Virus record (IMG/VR): IMGVR_UViG_3300017913_001833
Coordinates: 32,001-96,000 of that record
Source of the DNA: a virus
Taxonomy: Duplodnaviria; Caudoviricetes
DNA length: 64,000 nt
Strand: one strand, 5' to 3'
Made by a program: the position numbers and the translations under genes. Positions 37,055 through 46,760 of this stretch are shown in pieces; within the stretch, counting starts at the first letter, position 1, and the number at the start of each line of letters is the position of its first letter. A model generated the notes under the pieces. It was not told the DNA's origin. It saw only the letters and a list, made by a program, of their open reading frames with translations, and did no database searches.

Positions 37055-37948
37055 ATGAAACTTAGATATTCAGAAGCGTTTTACAGTGTACAAGGCGAAG
37101 GTAAATTTGTAGGAGTACCTAGTGTGTTCCTACGTACTTTCGGTTGTAATTTCCGTTGCATGAACTTTGGTGTTGATACTAAAAAAGATCGTTGGGAGCA
37201 ACATAAAGAAGGTCAACGATACAATGCAGAAGTAAAAGCACTTATTGATGCAGGCGTTCATGAAACTACAGAAAAATTTGAAGACTTGCCTATCATTCAC
37301 ACAGGTTGTGATACATACGCAAGTATCTATCCAGAATTCAAACACTTTAATAAACTAGCAGAAGTTGACGAAGTTGTAGATCATCTTATTAGTTTATTAC
37401 CCGAGGGTAAATGGACCATGGACAATGGTCAAGATATCCATTTAATTTTAACTGGAGGTGAGCCATTATTGGCTTGGCAACGTTTATACGTTGAGCTGTT
37501 TGAACACCCTAAAATGAAGGACTTAAAAAATGTTACATTTGAAACAAATACTACACAACATTTACACAAAGATTTCTTCAACTATCTCGCAGACCAAGAC
37601 AGATTTGAGGTTACTTGGAGTTGCTCCCCAAAACTTAGTGTCTCAGGAGAACCTTGGGAAACTGCTATACTGCCTGATGTTGCTAGTGAGTATAGCAACG
37701 TTGACGGTAGTGACCTTTATCTTAAGTTTGTTGTGGCTACTAACGAGGACTTTGACGAAGTTACAAGAGCTGTTGACGAGTATCGCAAAGCCGGGATTAA
37801 TTGTCCAGTATATCTTATGCCGTTGGGAGGACGTTCAGAAGAGTACAGTCTCAACGTTAAGGACGTGGCAGAAGCGTGTATGGAAAGAGGATGGCGATTC
37901 ACGCCAAGACTCCACATCAGCTTATTCGGAAATGCCTGGGGAACTTGA
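37055..37948 (+). CDS. queE: 7-carboxy-7-deazaguanine synthase (radical SAM)
   Basis: EAFYSVQGEG, FLRTFGCNFRC...GCDT, LTGGEP, FETN, SPKL, PRLH. Confidence 0.92.
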   Translation: MKLRYSEAFYSVQGEGKFVGVPSVFLRTFGCNFRCMNFGVDTKKDRWEQHKEGQRYNAEVKALIDAGVHETTEKFEDLPIIHTGCDTYASIYPEFKHFNKLAEVDEVVDHLISLLPEGKWTMDNGQDIHLILTGGEPLLAWQRLYVELFEHPKMKDLKNVTFETNTTQHLHKDFFNYLADQDRFEVTWSCSPKLSVSGEPWETAILPDVASEYSNVDGSDLYLKFVVATNEDFDEVTRAVDEYRKAGINCPVYLMPLGGRSEEYSLNVKDVAEACMERGWRFTPRLHISLFGNAWGT

Positions 37949-38039
37949 TGAGTATATTAACGCAACTCACAAAAAGGCAATGAAAAAGCCGATAGAAAAA
38001 AACTTAGACGAAGAACTAAGAGAAAAAGGACTAATATGA
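37932..38039 (+). CDS. Small hypothetical protein (35 aa)
   Basis: MPGELDEYINATHKK..., bridges queE and the next gene. Confidence 0.4.
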   Translation: MPGELDEYINATHKKAMKKPIEKNLDEELREKGLI

Positions 38040-38440
38040 AGGATCTAATAAAAAAACTAGTTGGACTTGATAAACAAGAAGAACAACTTAAAAAAGAACG
38101 TGAAGAAGTAGCAAAGCATGAAGAAGAGCTTCTTAAAAAACGTGATCCTAAAGCATATGCTACACGCAAGAAAGAACCTTGGGTTGGTGTATTAGATGTC
38201 AAAGTGAACGAAAAGAACGTTCGTAATGGATTCTTTGAACTAGATTGGAACAAATATTTTATTGAACAACTTATTAATGCAGGCTACGGCGTTGCTAATG
38301 ATGAGGAAGAAGAAATTGTAGATCGCTGGTTCAGAGACATCGTTGGAAACATTTTGGATGAAGAAGGACTTGACAAAGAGCGCGGATCAGGGTATATTAA
38401 TGTAGTACCAATAAGCAAAGGGAAGAGTGAAATATCATGA
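38036..38440 (+). CDS. Hypothetical phage protein
   Basis: EPWVGVL..NGFFELDWN..IVDRWF. Confidence 0.72.
   Translation: MKDLIKKLVGLDKQEEQLKKEREEVAKHEEELLKKRDPKAYATRKKEPWVGVLDVKVNEKNVRNGFFELDWNKYFIEQLINAGYGVANDEEEEIVDRWFRDIVGNILDEEGLDKERGSGYINVVPISKGKSEIS
38370..38398 (+). promoter_or_regulatory. sigma70 promoter for the exonuclease gene
   Basis: TTGACA-N17-TATATT inside the upstream CDS. Confidence 0.7.
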
Positions 38441-39420
38441 GTACATACGTCCTTGTAGACACTGCAAACACTTTCTTTAGAGCTCGTCATGTAGTACGTG
38501 GCGATATCGATACGAAAGTAGGCATGGCGATACATATCACACTTAACAGTATTAAGAAAGCATGGAATGACTTTGATGCAGACCATGTTGTATTTTGTTT
38601 AGAAGGCCGCAGTTGGCGCAAGGATTATTATGAGCCTTACAAGCGTAATAGGCAAGAAACACGTGATGCAATGACACCGCGTGAAGCAGATGAAGATAAA
38701 GTGTTTTGGGAAATCTTTGATGAGTTCAAAGACTTTATTGATACAAAGACAAATTGTACAATGATACGTCATCCACAATTAGAAGCAGATGATCTTATTG
38801 CAGGTTGGGTGCAACGGCATCCTGATGACAATCATGTTATCATTAGCACTGATGGCGACTTTGCACAACTGATTGCGCCTAACGTAAAACAATATAACGG
38901 TGTTAGCAATACAACTATTACACACGAAGGTTACTTTGATGACAAAGGTAGGCGTGTTGTAGATAAGAAAACAGGCGAAGATAAGCCTGCTCCTGATCCT
39001 GCATTTATGTTGTTTGAAAAGTGTATGCGTGGCGACACTAGCGATAATGTTTTCAGTGCGTATCCAGGTGTACGCAAAAAAGGTACACGCAACAAAGTTG
39101 GCTTGATCGAAGCATTTGCTGACAAAGACACAAAAGGTTACAACTGGAATAACATGATGCTACAACGCTGGGTAGATCACAATGGTGAAGAGCATCGTGT
39201 GCTAGATGATTACAATCGCAACGTAACACTCTGTGACTTAACTGCACAGCCACAAGAAATTAAAGAGATAATTAACAATACCATTAGCGAAGTAGAAAGT
39301 AAAGATATCAATCAAGTTGGTATGCGTTTACTTAAATTCTGTGCTAAATGGGATATGCAACGTATCGCTGATCAAGCGGCACATTATGCACAACCACTAC
39401 AGGCGAGGTACCCACAATGA
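38437..39420 (+). CDS. 5'-3' exonuclease/flap endonuclease (T4 RNase H-like)
   Basis: LVDTAN, YKRNR, EADDLIA, STDGDF, GDTSDNV. Confidence 0.9.
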   Translation: MSTYVLVDTANTFFRARHVVRGDIDTKVGMAIHITLNSIKKAWNDFDADHVVFCLEGRSWRKDYYEPYKRNRQETRDAMTPREADEDKVFWEIFDEFKDFIDTKTNCTMIRHPQLEADDLIAGWVQRHPDDNHVIISTDGDFAQLIAPNVKQYNGVSNTTITHEGYFDDKGRRVVDKKTGEDKPAPDPAFMLFEKCMRGDTSDNVFSAYPGVRKKGTRNKVGLIEAFADKDTKGYNWNNMMLQRWVDHNGEEHRVLDDYNRNVTLCDLTAQPQEIKEIINNTISEVESKDINQVGMRLLKFCAKWDMQRIADQAAHYAQPLQARYPQ

Positions 39421-39881
39421 TAAAGGCAAAAGAAGTATTAAAAGATAAGTTTTGGATTGTAGAAGAAGGTGGCGAAAGTTTTGCTACTATTTCTTGGGAT
39501 AAAGAAAACTATATCGTTAACAATAGAGGCGTAACAAAACTGTTTCAAACACAAAATGAAATCAGTCAAGATTTAGGCAAACAAATATTCTTTGATAAAC
39601 TAGATATCAAAGAAGCTATCGAACATGAAGTACATGGTTTTCCAACTAGTTGTACACCATATAATACAGTGTTAGATGTAAGACGTAAACTGCCATTATT
39701 TACAAAAAGTAATAAAAGTAAAAGTTTGTACTGTGCAGGTTATTATATTATTCATTTTGACAAGGGCTGGGTCAAAAGTTTTTGTCCTAAGCTAATTACT
39801 GTTGAACGTTACGATACACAAGGTCCTTTCAAAACAATATTAGAAATGAAAACAGCACTAAGTAATGCAAACAAAAATTGA
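39417..39881 (+). CDS. Hypothetical phage protein
   Basis: Coupled ORF; KSLYCAGYY..SFCPKLIT. Confidence 0.72.
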   Translation: MIKAKEVLKDKFWIVEEGGESFATISWDKENYIVNNRGVTKLFQTQNEISQDLGKQIFFDKLDIKEAIEHEVHGFPTSCTPYNTVLDVRRKLPLFTKSNKSKSLYCAGYYIIHFDKGWVKSFCPKLITVERYDTQGPFKTILEMKTALSNANKN

Positions 39882-40497
39882 TAATTTTCCATTCCAATAT
39901 GTGGAGTGGTTAGAATATGATAGTGAAAAACTTTTAGAGTTAGTTACAAGTATACCAGAAACATTATGGCGTGGACAAGGTCCAGGTGAATATACAGCAG
40001 ACACTCCTCTAAACAAGAGGCCTGCACATGAATATGGTATGAATACTGCACTGAATCTTGACCACGATTATGATCAATATCCAGTTATTCAAGATCTTAA
40101 AAAACAATTAATGTTAGGAGGACAGTGTCTTTACTACACAATTAATTGGAAACGTTCCAAAAAAGATTATTTTTCAGACTGGAATACAATGATGAATAAT
40201 GAAACTCAAAACAAAAGGTTCAAGATTGAACGTACATTCGATATTGTTGTACCTGTAGTTGGAGACTTTCGTGAAAATCCCGTGGAGGCAAAAAGAGTAA
40301 GCACAGGGGAAGAGTTTGTATATGAACCTAAAGGCACTGCCATGGCTATTCAAACAAGTTCAGATTGGCATTATAGATGGTGTGAGAAAGGAAACCCTTA
40401 CAGATATACACTACATTTACGTAGTCGTAAACCTGTAACATGGCGTTTGTTAGAACAAATATCAAACGAAAAAAGGAACAAACATGCAAACAAATGA
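39865..40497 (+). CDS. Hypothetical protein, possibly a degenerate oxygenase-like beta-helix fold
   Basis: C-terminal DWHYRW..RYTLHL resembles the oxygenase family here; no HxD. Confidence 0.55.
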   Translation: MQTKIDNFPFQYVEWLEYDSEKLLELVTSIPETLWRGQGPGEYTADTPLNKRPAHEYGMNTALNLDHDYDQYPVIQDLKKQLMLGGQCLYYTINWKRSKKDYFSDWNTMMNNETQNKRFKIERTFDIVVPVVGDFRENPVEAKRVSTGEEFVYEPKGTAMAIQTSSDWHYRWCEKGNPYRYTLHLRSRKPVTWRLLEQISNEKRNKHANK

Positions 40498-40723
40498 ACC
40501 AATAAACACTGCAAGCATACAAGCGTTTATACAACAAGTAAAAGGCGCAGATGCAAGTAAAGCCAAAGACATACGTATGGACATAACACAAGCAAAAAAT
40601 CTAGCGTTTACATTAGGTATTGTAATGTCTAGACTAAATGGCGACTTAGAACAACTGCTTGTAAATAAAAGCAACACAGAAGAAACTGTTGAAGTTCAAC
40701 TAGATGGCGGTACTGGCTGGTAA
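40484..40723 (+). CDS. Hypothetical phage protein
   Basis: AAGGA SD, ends LDGGTGW. Confidence 0.7.
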   Translation: MQTNEPINTASIQAFIQQVKGADASKAKDIRMDITQAKNLAFTLGIVMSRLNGDLEQLLVNKSNTEETVEVQLDGGTGW

Positions 40724-40764
40724 AAAGAGATAAATATATGCGTATATAACTAAGGATTACGCAT

Positions 40765-41052
40765 ATGAGTAGGCCAAAGCCCACCGTACTATTAGAAACA
40801 ATAGACAAGAAAACATATAAATCAGATCAAGTTTTAAAGGCTGAAGCTATCTGGGCAGTGTTTTACCAAGGTGCACCTTTTAATCTAAAAAGCAGTAACA
40901 TTTTAACAAACTATCCTGGACCTAAATATAAAAAAGTTAGTTTCTCTAACCCAGGACACGCCCTAAATTTAGCAAAAAAATTAAATGAAACATTTAGCAC
41001 TGATGAGTTTTCTGTGGTAAAACTTACAGAAGGCGAAACTGTTAAAGAATGA
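40765..41052 (+). CDS. Hypothetical phage protein (late, hairpin-gated)
   Basis: MSRPKP; TAAATA at 40731-40736. Confidence 0.75.
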   Translation: MSRPKPTVLLETIDKKTYKSDQVLKAEAIWAVFYQGAPFNLKSSNILTNYPGPKYKKVSFSNPGHALNLAKKLNETFSTDEFSVVKLTEGETVKE

Positions 41053-41432
41053 ACTGGAAAGAAACCTATACAAAAGTTTTCTTAAAACAAAAAGATATTG
41101 CAATAAGTGAAGTTACACTAAAGCAATATATGAGTAAATGGTGGCAAAATACCAGAGCAAAAGAAACAGGAGGATTGCGTCTTACAGATGCAGGATACCA
41201 ATTTGTGCGTGAAGAACTAGATTTAACAACATACGATATTCCTTTTCCAAAAGATTTTGAACTAACAACCAACACTATTATTTGGTTAGATCAATTTATC
41301 ACTTGTCCGTATTATCTTTTCCGTCATAGTATTGTTGTACTAGATGAAAGAAAAGCAATGGAATTGCACTTATTCAGTGGAGATATAACAAAGTACGGAC
41401 TTACAAAAGCAATGAATAGACATAAAAAATAA
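41049..41432 (+). CDS. Hypothetical phage protein
   Basis: ATGA overlap; GGLRLTDAG. Confidence 0.72.
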   Translation: MNWKETYTKVFLKQKDIAISEVTLKQYMSKWWQNTRAKETGGLRLTDAGYQFVREELDLTTYDIPFPKDFELTTNTIIWLDQFITCPYYLFRHSIVVLDERKAMELHLFSGDITKYGLTKAMNRHKK

Positions 41433-41442
41433 CCAAAAGTGG

Positions 41443-41471
41443 TTGACCTTTGTACTTATTGATAGTATATT
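41443..41471 (+). promoter_or_regulatory. sigma70-type promoter
   Basis: TTGACC-N17-TATATT. Confidence 0.7.
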
Positions 41472-41520
41472 AATAGAGTAAGTTAAACATTAGCACTGAT
41501 TAACAAGAGAGGAATACACA

Positions 41521-42606
41521 ATGGAAGCAGTAGCAACACGCACAGTCTCGCCCAATAGAGCAAAAAAATCTATTCAAAGAGCTTTTAAGAAAAAACGTCC
41601 TATTTTTATTTGGGGTCCCCCAGGTATTGGTAAGTCAGATATTGTACACCAAATCGGTTACGGTATTGAAGCTCATGTAATTGACGTTCGTCTTTCACTT
41701 TGGGAACCTACAGATATTAAAGGTATCCCTTATTATGCCGCAAATGACAATAAAATGATGTGGGCGGCACCAGCAGAACTTCCAACTGCTGAAATGGCTA
41801 AGAAACATAAATGGATTATTTTGTTCTTAGACGAAATGAATTCTGCGGCGCCAGCAGTACAGGCGGCCGCTTACCAACTTATTCTAAATCGTAAAGTAGG
41901 GCAATACGTACTGCCAGACAATGTTCTTATTGTAGCGGCAGGTAATAGAGAAGCTGACAAAGGTGTTACTTATAGAATGCCTGCACCGTTGGCAAACCGT
42001 TTTGTACACTTGGAACTTGCAGTTGATTTTGATGACTGGTTTCAGTGGGCTGTAGATAACAACATCCACAAAGACGTTGTTGGTTATTTGCAGTTTAGCA
42101 AAAAAGACTTGTATGACTTTGATCCTAAGTCACCAAGTCGTTCGTTCGCAACACCTCGTTCATGGTCTTTTGTATCGGAACTGATCGAGGATGAGGACGA
42201 CGAAGAAACACTTACAGATCTTGTTTCAGGTTCTGTTGGTGAAGGATTAGGAGTGAAATTCATGGCGCACCGTAAAGTTGCCGCACAAATGCCTAACCCT
42301 ACTGACATTCTAGCTGGTAAGGTTAAAGAGCTTAAGGCAACGGAAATCAGTGCTATGTATTCCTTAACTGTCTCGCTTTGTTATGAGCTTAAAGAAGCAC
42401 ATGACAAAAATAGCTCGAAGTTCGATGACATGGTCAACAACTTTTTGCGTTTTGCGATGGACAACTTTGAAACTGAACTGGTTGTAATGGGTATCAAACT
42501 TGCTCTTACGCAATATGCTCTGCCTATTGATCCAGATGAAGTTGAGTGCTTCGATGAGTTTCACGAGCGTTTTGGCAAGTATATTACTGCCGCACAGAGC
42601 GCATAA
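41521..42606 (+). CDS. MoxR-like AAA+ ATPase
   Basis: GPPGIGKS, LFLDEMN, AAGNR, PLANRF, TPRSW. Confidence 0.88.
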   Translation: MEAVATRTVSPNRAKKSIQRAFKKKRPIFIWGPPGIGKSDIVHQIGYGIEAHVIDVRLSLWEPTDIKGIPYYAANDNKMMWAAPAELPTAEMAKKHKWIILFLDEMNSAAPAVQAAAYQLILNRKVGQYVLPDNVLIVAAGNREADKGVTYRMPAPLANRFVHLELAVDFDDWFQWAVDNNIHKDVVGYLQFSKKDLYDFDPKSPSRSFATPRSWSFVSELIEDEDDEETLTDLVSGSVGEGLGVKFMAHRKVAAQMPNPTDILAGKVKELKATEISAMYSLTVSLCYELKEAHDKNSSKFDDMVNNFLRFAMDNFETELVVMGIKLALTQYALPIDPDEVECFDEFHERFGKYITAAQSA

Positions 42607-42617
42607 TCCTAAAGAGT

Positions 42618-42645
42618 TGGGCGATCTCTCCAAAACGCCCATTTT
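42618..42645 (+). terminator. Intrinsic terminator
   Basis: TGGGCG...CGCCCA stem followed by TTTT. Confidence 0.6.
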
Positions 42646-42648
42646 CTC

Positions 42649-42677
42649 TTGACTTTTATCGTAAATAGTACTATATT
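42649..42677 (+). promoter_or_regulatory. sigma70-type promoter
   Basis: TTGACT-N17-TATATT. Confidence 0.65.
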
Positions 42678-42709
42678 AGTAGTATAGAAACAGAGATAGG
42701 TAGCACACT

Positions 42710-44020
42710 ATGTCAGCAAAAGATACACAAACTAAACTAAAGCATTGGCAACCAGACCCAGATATTACGCAAGAACAACTTGAAGAAATGCGTGTCGAAG
42801 TTGTTGATCGTATTATCGTAGCAAGGGTAGGACTGTTACTACGCCATCCATGGTTTGGTAATATGGCAACACGTTTACGTATTGTTGCCGCTGACGATTG
42901 GTTAATGACTGCCGCAGTTGACGGGCGTAACTTATTTTTTAATACACAATTTTTCAATGCAATGTCTAACAAAGAAATTGAATTTGTTATTGCACATGAA
43001 ATCCTACATCTTGTATTTGATCATTTAGGACGTAGAGATAACCGTGATCCAATGTTGTATAATATCTCCGCGGATTATAAAGTAAACAATACACTTGTTC
43101 GTGACCGTATTGGCGAGAAGCCTAAGATTGTTGATTGTTTCCAAGACTTCAAATACGAGTCACATACTTCAGAAGAAATCTATGACGAATTGTACGAAAC
43201 TGCTAAAAAGAACGGCGAGCAGTTTTTGAAAGAACTTGGCGAACTGCTTGACGAACACTTAGACCCAGAAGGCGAAGAAGGTGAACAAGGTGCAGATCAA
43301 GATGGCAAAGACAAGAATGGCAACAATGTAAGCAAAGGCAAACCAAAGTATACCAAAGAAGAAATTGCAAAAATTAAAGACGAAGTTAAAGAAGGTATGA
43401 TGCAGGCGGCACAGAGCGCAGGCGCAGGTAACGTTCCTGCAGAAGTTGCACGTATCATTCAACAACTAACAGAACCTAAAATGAACTGGCGTGAATTGTT
43501 GCGTCAGCAGATCCAATCAACAATTAGAAATGACTATACATTTAGTCGTCCATCACGTAAAGGCTGGCACACAGGTGCAGTATTGCCAGGCATGAACTTT
43601 ATGGATACTATTGATATCTGTGTTGCAATTGACATGAGTGGTTCAATTGGCGACGATCAAGCAAAAGATTTCTTAGGCGAAGTTAAAGGTATTATGCAAG
43701 AGTTCAAAGACTACAATATTAAACTTTGGACTTTTGATACTAATGTTTACAATGAAGAAGACTTTAGTGCAGATGACGGTAAAGATCTGTTAGACTATGA
43801 AGTATTTGGCGGTGGCGGAACTGACTTTGATTGTAACTGGAATTACATGAAAGATCAGAACATTACTCCTAAAAAGTTTCTTATGTTTACAGATGGCTAT
43901 CCATGGCAGAGTTGGGGTGATGAAAATTATTGTGATACTATCTTTGTTATCCACAGTAATCATGATAAAAACTTAGAAGCACCATTTGGGATTACAGCTC
44001 ATTACGATAAAGCGGCATGA
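42710..44020 (+). CDS. Metallopeptidase-like plus VWA domain protein (DUF2201-type)
   Basis: AHEILH; MIDAS DMSGS, GGGGTDF, FTDG. Confidence 0.85.
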   Translation: MSAKDTQTKLKHWQPDPDITQEQLEEMRVEVVDRIIVARVGLLLRHPWFGNMATRLRIVAADDWLMTAAVDGRNLFFNTQFFNAMSNKEIEFVIAHEILHLVFDHLGRRDNRDPMLYNISADYKVNNTLVRDRIGEKPKIVDCFQDFKYESHTSEEIYDELYETAKKNGEQFLKELGELLDEHLDPEGEEGEQGADQDGKDKNGNNVSKGKPKYTKEEIAKIKDEVKEGMMQAAQSAGAGNVPAEVARIIQQLTEPKMNWRELLRQQIQSTIRNDYTFSRPSRKGWHTGAVLPGMNFMDTIDICVAIDMSGSIGDDQAKDFLGEVKGIMQEFKDYNIKLWTFDTNVYNEEDFSADDGKDLLDYEVFGGGGTDFDCNWNYMKDQNITPKKFLMFTDGYPWQSWGDENYCDTIFVIHSNHDKNLEAPFGITAHYDKAA

Positions 44021-44295
44021 TTAAAGATAAACCAAACGCATTGAATTTTTTTGATATACGTAAAATGAAGGTGCCGCCACCTCATTTTGAATATATGGTG
44101 ATTCCGCAGAAGTATAATTTAGAAACTAGCCTTGATAAATGGATTAAAAGTCATTTAAAAGGCAGATATTATCTAGGCACAACTATAGCAGTTGGACATG
44201 TAAATGGCCTAGATACTAGGCTCAAAGTGGGGTTTGAAGACGCAAAAGAACTCAGTTATTTCACTTTGGCATGTCCACTTTTGAAGTACAATTAA
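44017..44295 (+). CDS. Hypothetical phage protein
   Basis: ATGA overlap; VGFEDAKELSYF. Confidence 0.68.
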   Translation: MIKDKPNALNFFDIRKMKVPPPHFEYMVIPQKYNLETSLDKWIKSHLKGRYYLGTTIAVGHVNGLDTRLKVGFEDAKELSYFTLACPLLKYN

Positions 44296-44330
44296 ATAAT
44301 ATACACATATATAAAGTATAGGAGTTACTT

Positions 44331-44585
44331 ATGGCAGAAGAAACTATTGAGAAGGCAGCTGAACAAAAACAAGCAGCACCTGCTCAACCAGAACAAAACG
44401 GTATGGATCTCACCGTAAATGATCTTAATAACATCAAACAAATCATTGATGTTGCAAGTTCACGTGGTGCATTCCGTCCAAACGAAATGATGACTATTGG
44501 ACAAGTGTATAACAAACTTGAAACATTCTTGGGAACAGTAGCGCAACAACAGCAACAAGCACAACCTACTGCAAAAGGAGAGTAG
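44331..44585 (+). CDS. Hypothetical phage protein
   Basis: TAAATA at 44293; AGGAG SD; IIDVASSRGAF. Confidence 0.72.
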   Translation: MAEETIEKAAEQKQAAPAQPEQNGMDLTVNDLNNIKQIIDVASSRGAFRPNEMMTIGQVYNKLETFLGTVAQQQQQAQPTAKGE

Positions 44586-44586
44586 A

Positions 44587-45213
44587 ATGGCGTTAAAACA
44601 CGTTGGTCGTATCAAAGATACGAAAAAGAAATGTGCTGTAGTTTATAGGGTCGTACCCGGTGAACCAAACAGTGCAGTCATTGTTATGACAGAAAGTCTT
44701 GCCGCAGAAGAGCATGATTCACTTATTAATTTAATTGAATCGCCTGCAGGACAAGATGCATATGAGCTTGGAGAAGCTATGGCAAGAGCAACACTACCTG
44801 ATGGTAGAGTAATGCTTGCGGCTTTCCATGCAACAGGCAAAATGAATAAAGTAAATGCAGATAGAATTGAAATGATTCCTAATGCATCAACTACTATTTC
44901 ATTAGATTCATTAAACAGAAGCATCGCAGAACAACGCGGTGTAAGTGTAGCAGATCTTGCACTTAAAGGACCAGACGGAGAAACAGTTCCGGATCAGACA
45001 CCTGAAAAGGTAGATGCAACTGCAATGTACGGTGGTGAAACAACTACACAGGCAGCTGATGACGGTGTACTAAGCGATGAGCAATTAGCAGCATCATACC
45101 GCAGTCAAGCGGATAGGCTTTTCAAGGAAGCAAAGGCCCTACGTGAACAAGCAGAAGAGCTAGTTCCGACTAAGCGTAAGAAAGCCACTGCTGATGCCAC
45201 CCAAGAAGGATAA
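44587..45213 (+). CDS. Hypothetical phage protein
   Basis: AAGGAG SD; LKHVGR start. Confidence 0.72.
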   Translation: MALKHVGRIKDTKKKCAVVYRVVPGEPNSAVIVMTESLAAEEHDSLINLIESPAGQDAYELGEAMARATLPDGRVMLAAFHATGKMNKVNADRIEMIPNASTTISLDSLNRSIAEQRGVSVADLALKGPDGETVPDQTPEKVDATAMYGGETTTQAADDGVLSDEQLAASYRSQADRLFKEAKALREQAEELVPTKRKKATADATQEG

Positions 45214-45514
45214 ACTTTCTAAAGGTGTACAAAATACATGGCCGGAAGTACTTGGTGATATCAAAGTAGATGTTATCCCCTTACAGTACCTTATAAGCGT
45301 TAGAGTAAGTTTCAAAGATAAAAAAATCTGGGAAATCGACATGCAATCATCACGAAAGAAACTAGGTGATGATGGAAAATTAGAAGATGTACTAGAAGAG
45401 CTATTTGAAGAATACAATGACGCTATTGAGCATATTGACTTTAGATTAGATACAGAACGCCTAAAAAATGACGTACAAAGGCGTACTAGATCATTTATGA
45501 AGAAAGGCAAATGA
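45194..45514 (+). CDS. Hypothetical phage protein
   Basis: Overlapping ORF, WPEV. Confidence 0.65.
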   Translation: MPPKKDKLSKGVQNTWPEVLGDIKVDVIPLQYLISVRVSFKDKKIWEIDMQSSRKKLGDDGKLEDVLEELFEEYNDAIEHIDFRLDTERLKNDVQRRTRSFMKKGK

Positions 45515-45563
45515 TTCCTAAAGGCATAAATATACATAGTAGAACGAATCCAGGAGTATATAA

Positions 45564-46748
45564 ATGGCTTTACAGATAAGACGTGGTAGCGACGTAGATA
45601 GACAGGGTATTACACCTAAAGCAGGTGAACCAATCTTTACAACTGATACTAAAAAGTTGTACATAGGCGATGGTACAACTGTTGGTGGTATAATTGTTGA
45701 TACCACTGCTGGACTTACAAACATTGTTGAAGACACAACACCGCAACTAGGTGGTAACTTAGATCTAAACAATAACACTATTAACGGTTCTGGTAACATT
45801 ACCATTACTGGACAAATTTCTGCTACTAGCATTGACTTAAAAGGTTCTATATTTGCTGATGATTCTGCTCTACTAGTTGATGGTATAAATGGACGTATTG
45901 TTGGTCCAGTATTTGCAAACGTAACAGGAGATGTTACAGGAAACCTTACTGGTGATGTTACAGGAGATGTTACAGGAGATGTTACAGGTACGCTAACTGG
46001 TGATATGTCAGGAAGCGTTTTTGCTGATGACAGTACAGTTCTTGTTGATGCTGTATCAGGAACAATTACAGCACCTGTTAACACAACTGGTAATGTTGAA
46101 ACCACAGCTGCCGTTACAGCTGGAACAATAAGATTAAATCCTCCAGGACTAGACCATACTATTGCTGTTCACGACACAAGTGCAACACAAATGACTCTTA
46201 CAACATTTAACACTTCAGGTGAAGTTGTATCAGCTCGTCCTTTTAGAATTGGTGGTACAAGCGGCACAATTAGTGAAGGAACACTGAAAGTATTCAATGC
46301 TAACGGAAATGTTGCTCTTGTAGATTTGTTTGATTATGCAAATGATGCTACTGCCGGTCTTGTTATGCATAGCAAATCAAGAGGAACAAAAGCAAGTCCA
46401 ACTGCTGTGCAAGATGCAGATGCATTAGGTTCATTCTTAGCAAATGGATATAACGGTGCAAACTATAGACTAGCAGGTGGAGTGTCAGTACAAGTAGACG
46501 GAACACCAGCTGCAAACTATATTCCAGCAAAAGTTGTTTTATTAACTAGTAACAGTAGTGGTTCAAGCACTGTGCAATTTAGTGTTGACAAAGATGGTAT
46601 TGCAGAATTTAATGGTCCTGCACAACTTAAAAGCTATGACACATCAGGAAGAGACGGCGTTTCAGCAGTCAACGGCATGATGATTTACAATAGCGACACA
46701 GACAAAGTCCAAGCCTATGCAGGCGGTTCTTGGGTAGACTTACATTAA
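45564..46748 (+). CDS. Tail fibre/virion structural protein (Mtd-N-like N-terminus)
   Basis: LQIRRG..GEPIFTTDTKKLYIGDG; DTTPQLGGNLD; G(D/N)(V/L)T repeats; TAAATA at 45527. Confidence 0.8.
   Translation: MALQIRRGSDVDRQGITPKAGEPIFTTDTKKLYIGDGTTVGGIIVDTTAGLTNIVEDTTPQLGGNLDLNNNTINGSGNITITGQISATSIDLKGSIFADDSALLVDGINGRIVGPVFANVTGDVTGNLTGDVTGDVTGDVTGTLTGDMSGSVFADDSTVLVDAVSGTITAPVNTTGNVETTAAVTAGTIRLNPPGLDHTIAVHDTSATQMTLTTFNTSGEVVSARPFRIGGTSGTISEGTLKVFNANGNVALVDLFDYANDATAGLVMHSKSRGTKASPTAVQDADALGSFLANGYNGANYRLAGGVSVQVDGTPAANYIPAKVVLLTSNSSGSSTVQFSVDKDGIAEFNGPAQLKSYDTSGRDGVSAVNGMMIYNSDTDKVQAYAGGSWVDLH
45921..46004 (+). repeat. 12-nt tandem repeat encoding (V/L)TG(D/N/T) in the tail fibre
   Basis: GTTACAGGAGAT-type units, about 7 imperfect copies. 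Confidence 0.8.
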
Positions 46749-46760
46749 TCCAAAAAACGG

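Noticed and set aside
45921-46004. CRISPR-like or regulatory tandem repeat
   Set aside because: 12-nt in-frame coding repeat without spacers
45564-46748. Diversity-generating retroelement target (Mtd-like N-terminus)
   Set aside because: No reverse transcriptase or TR/VR repeat pair seen; the N-terminal domain is common in fibres
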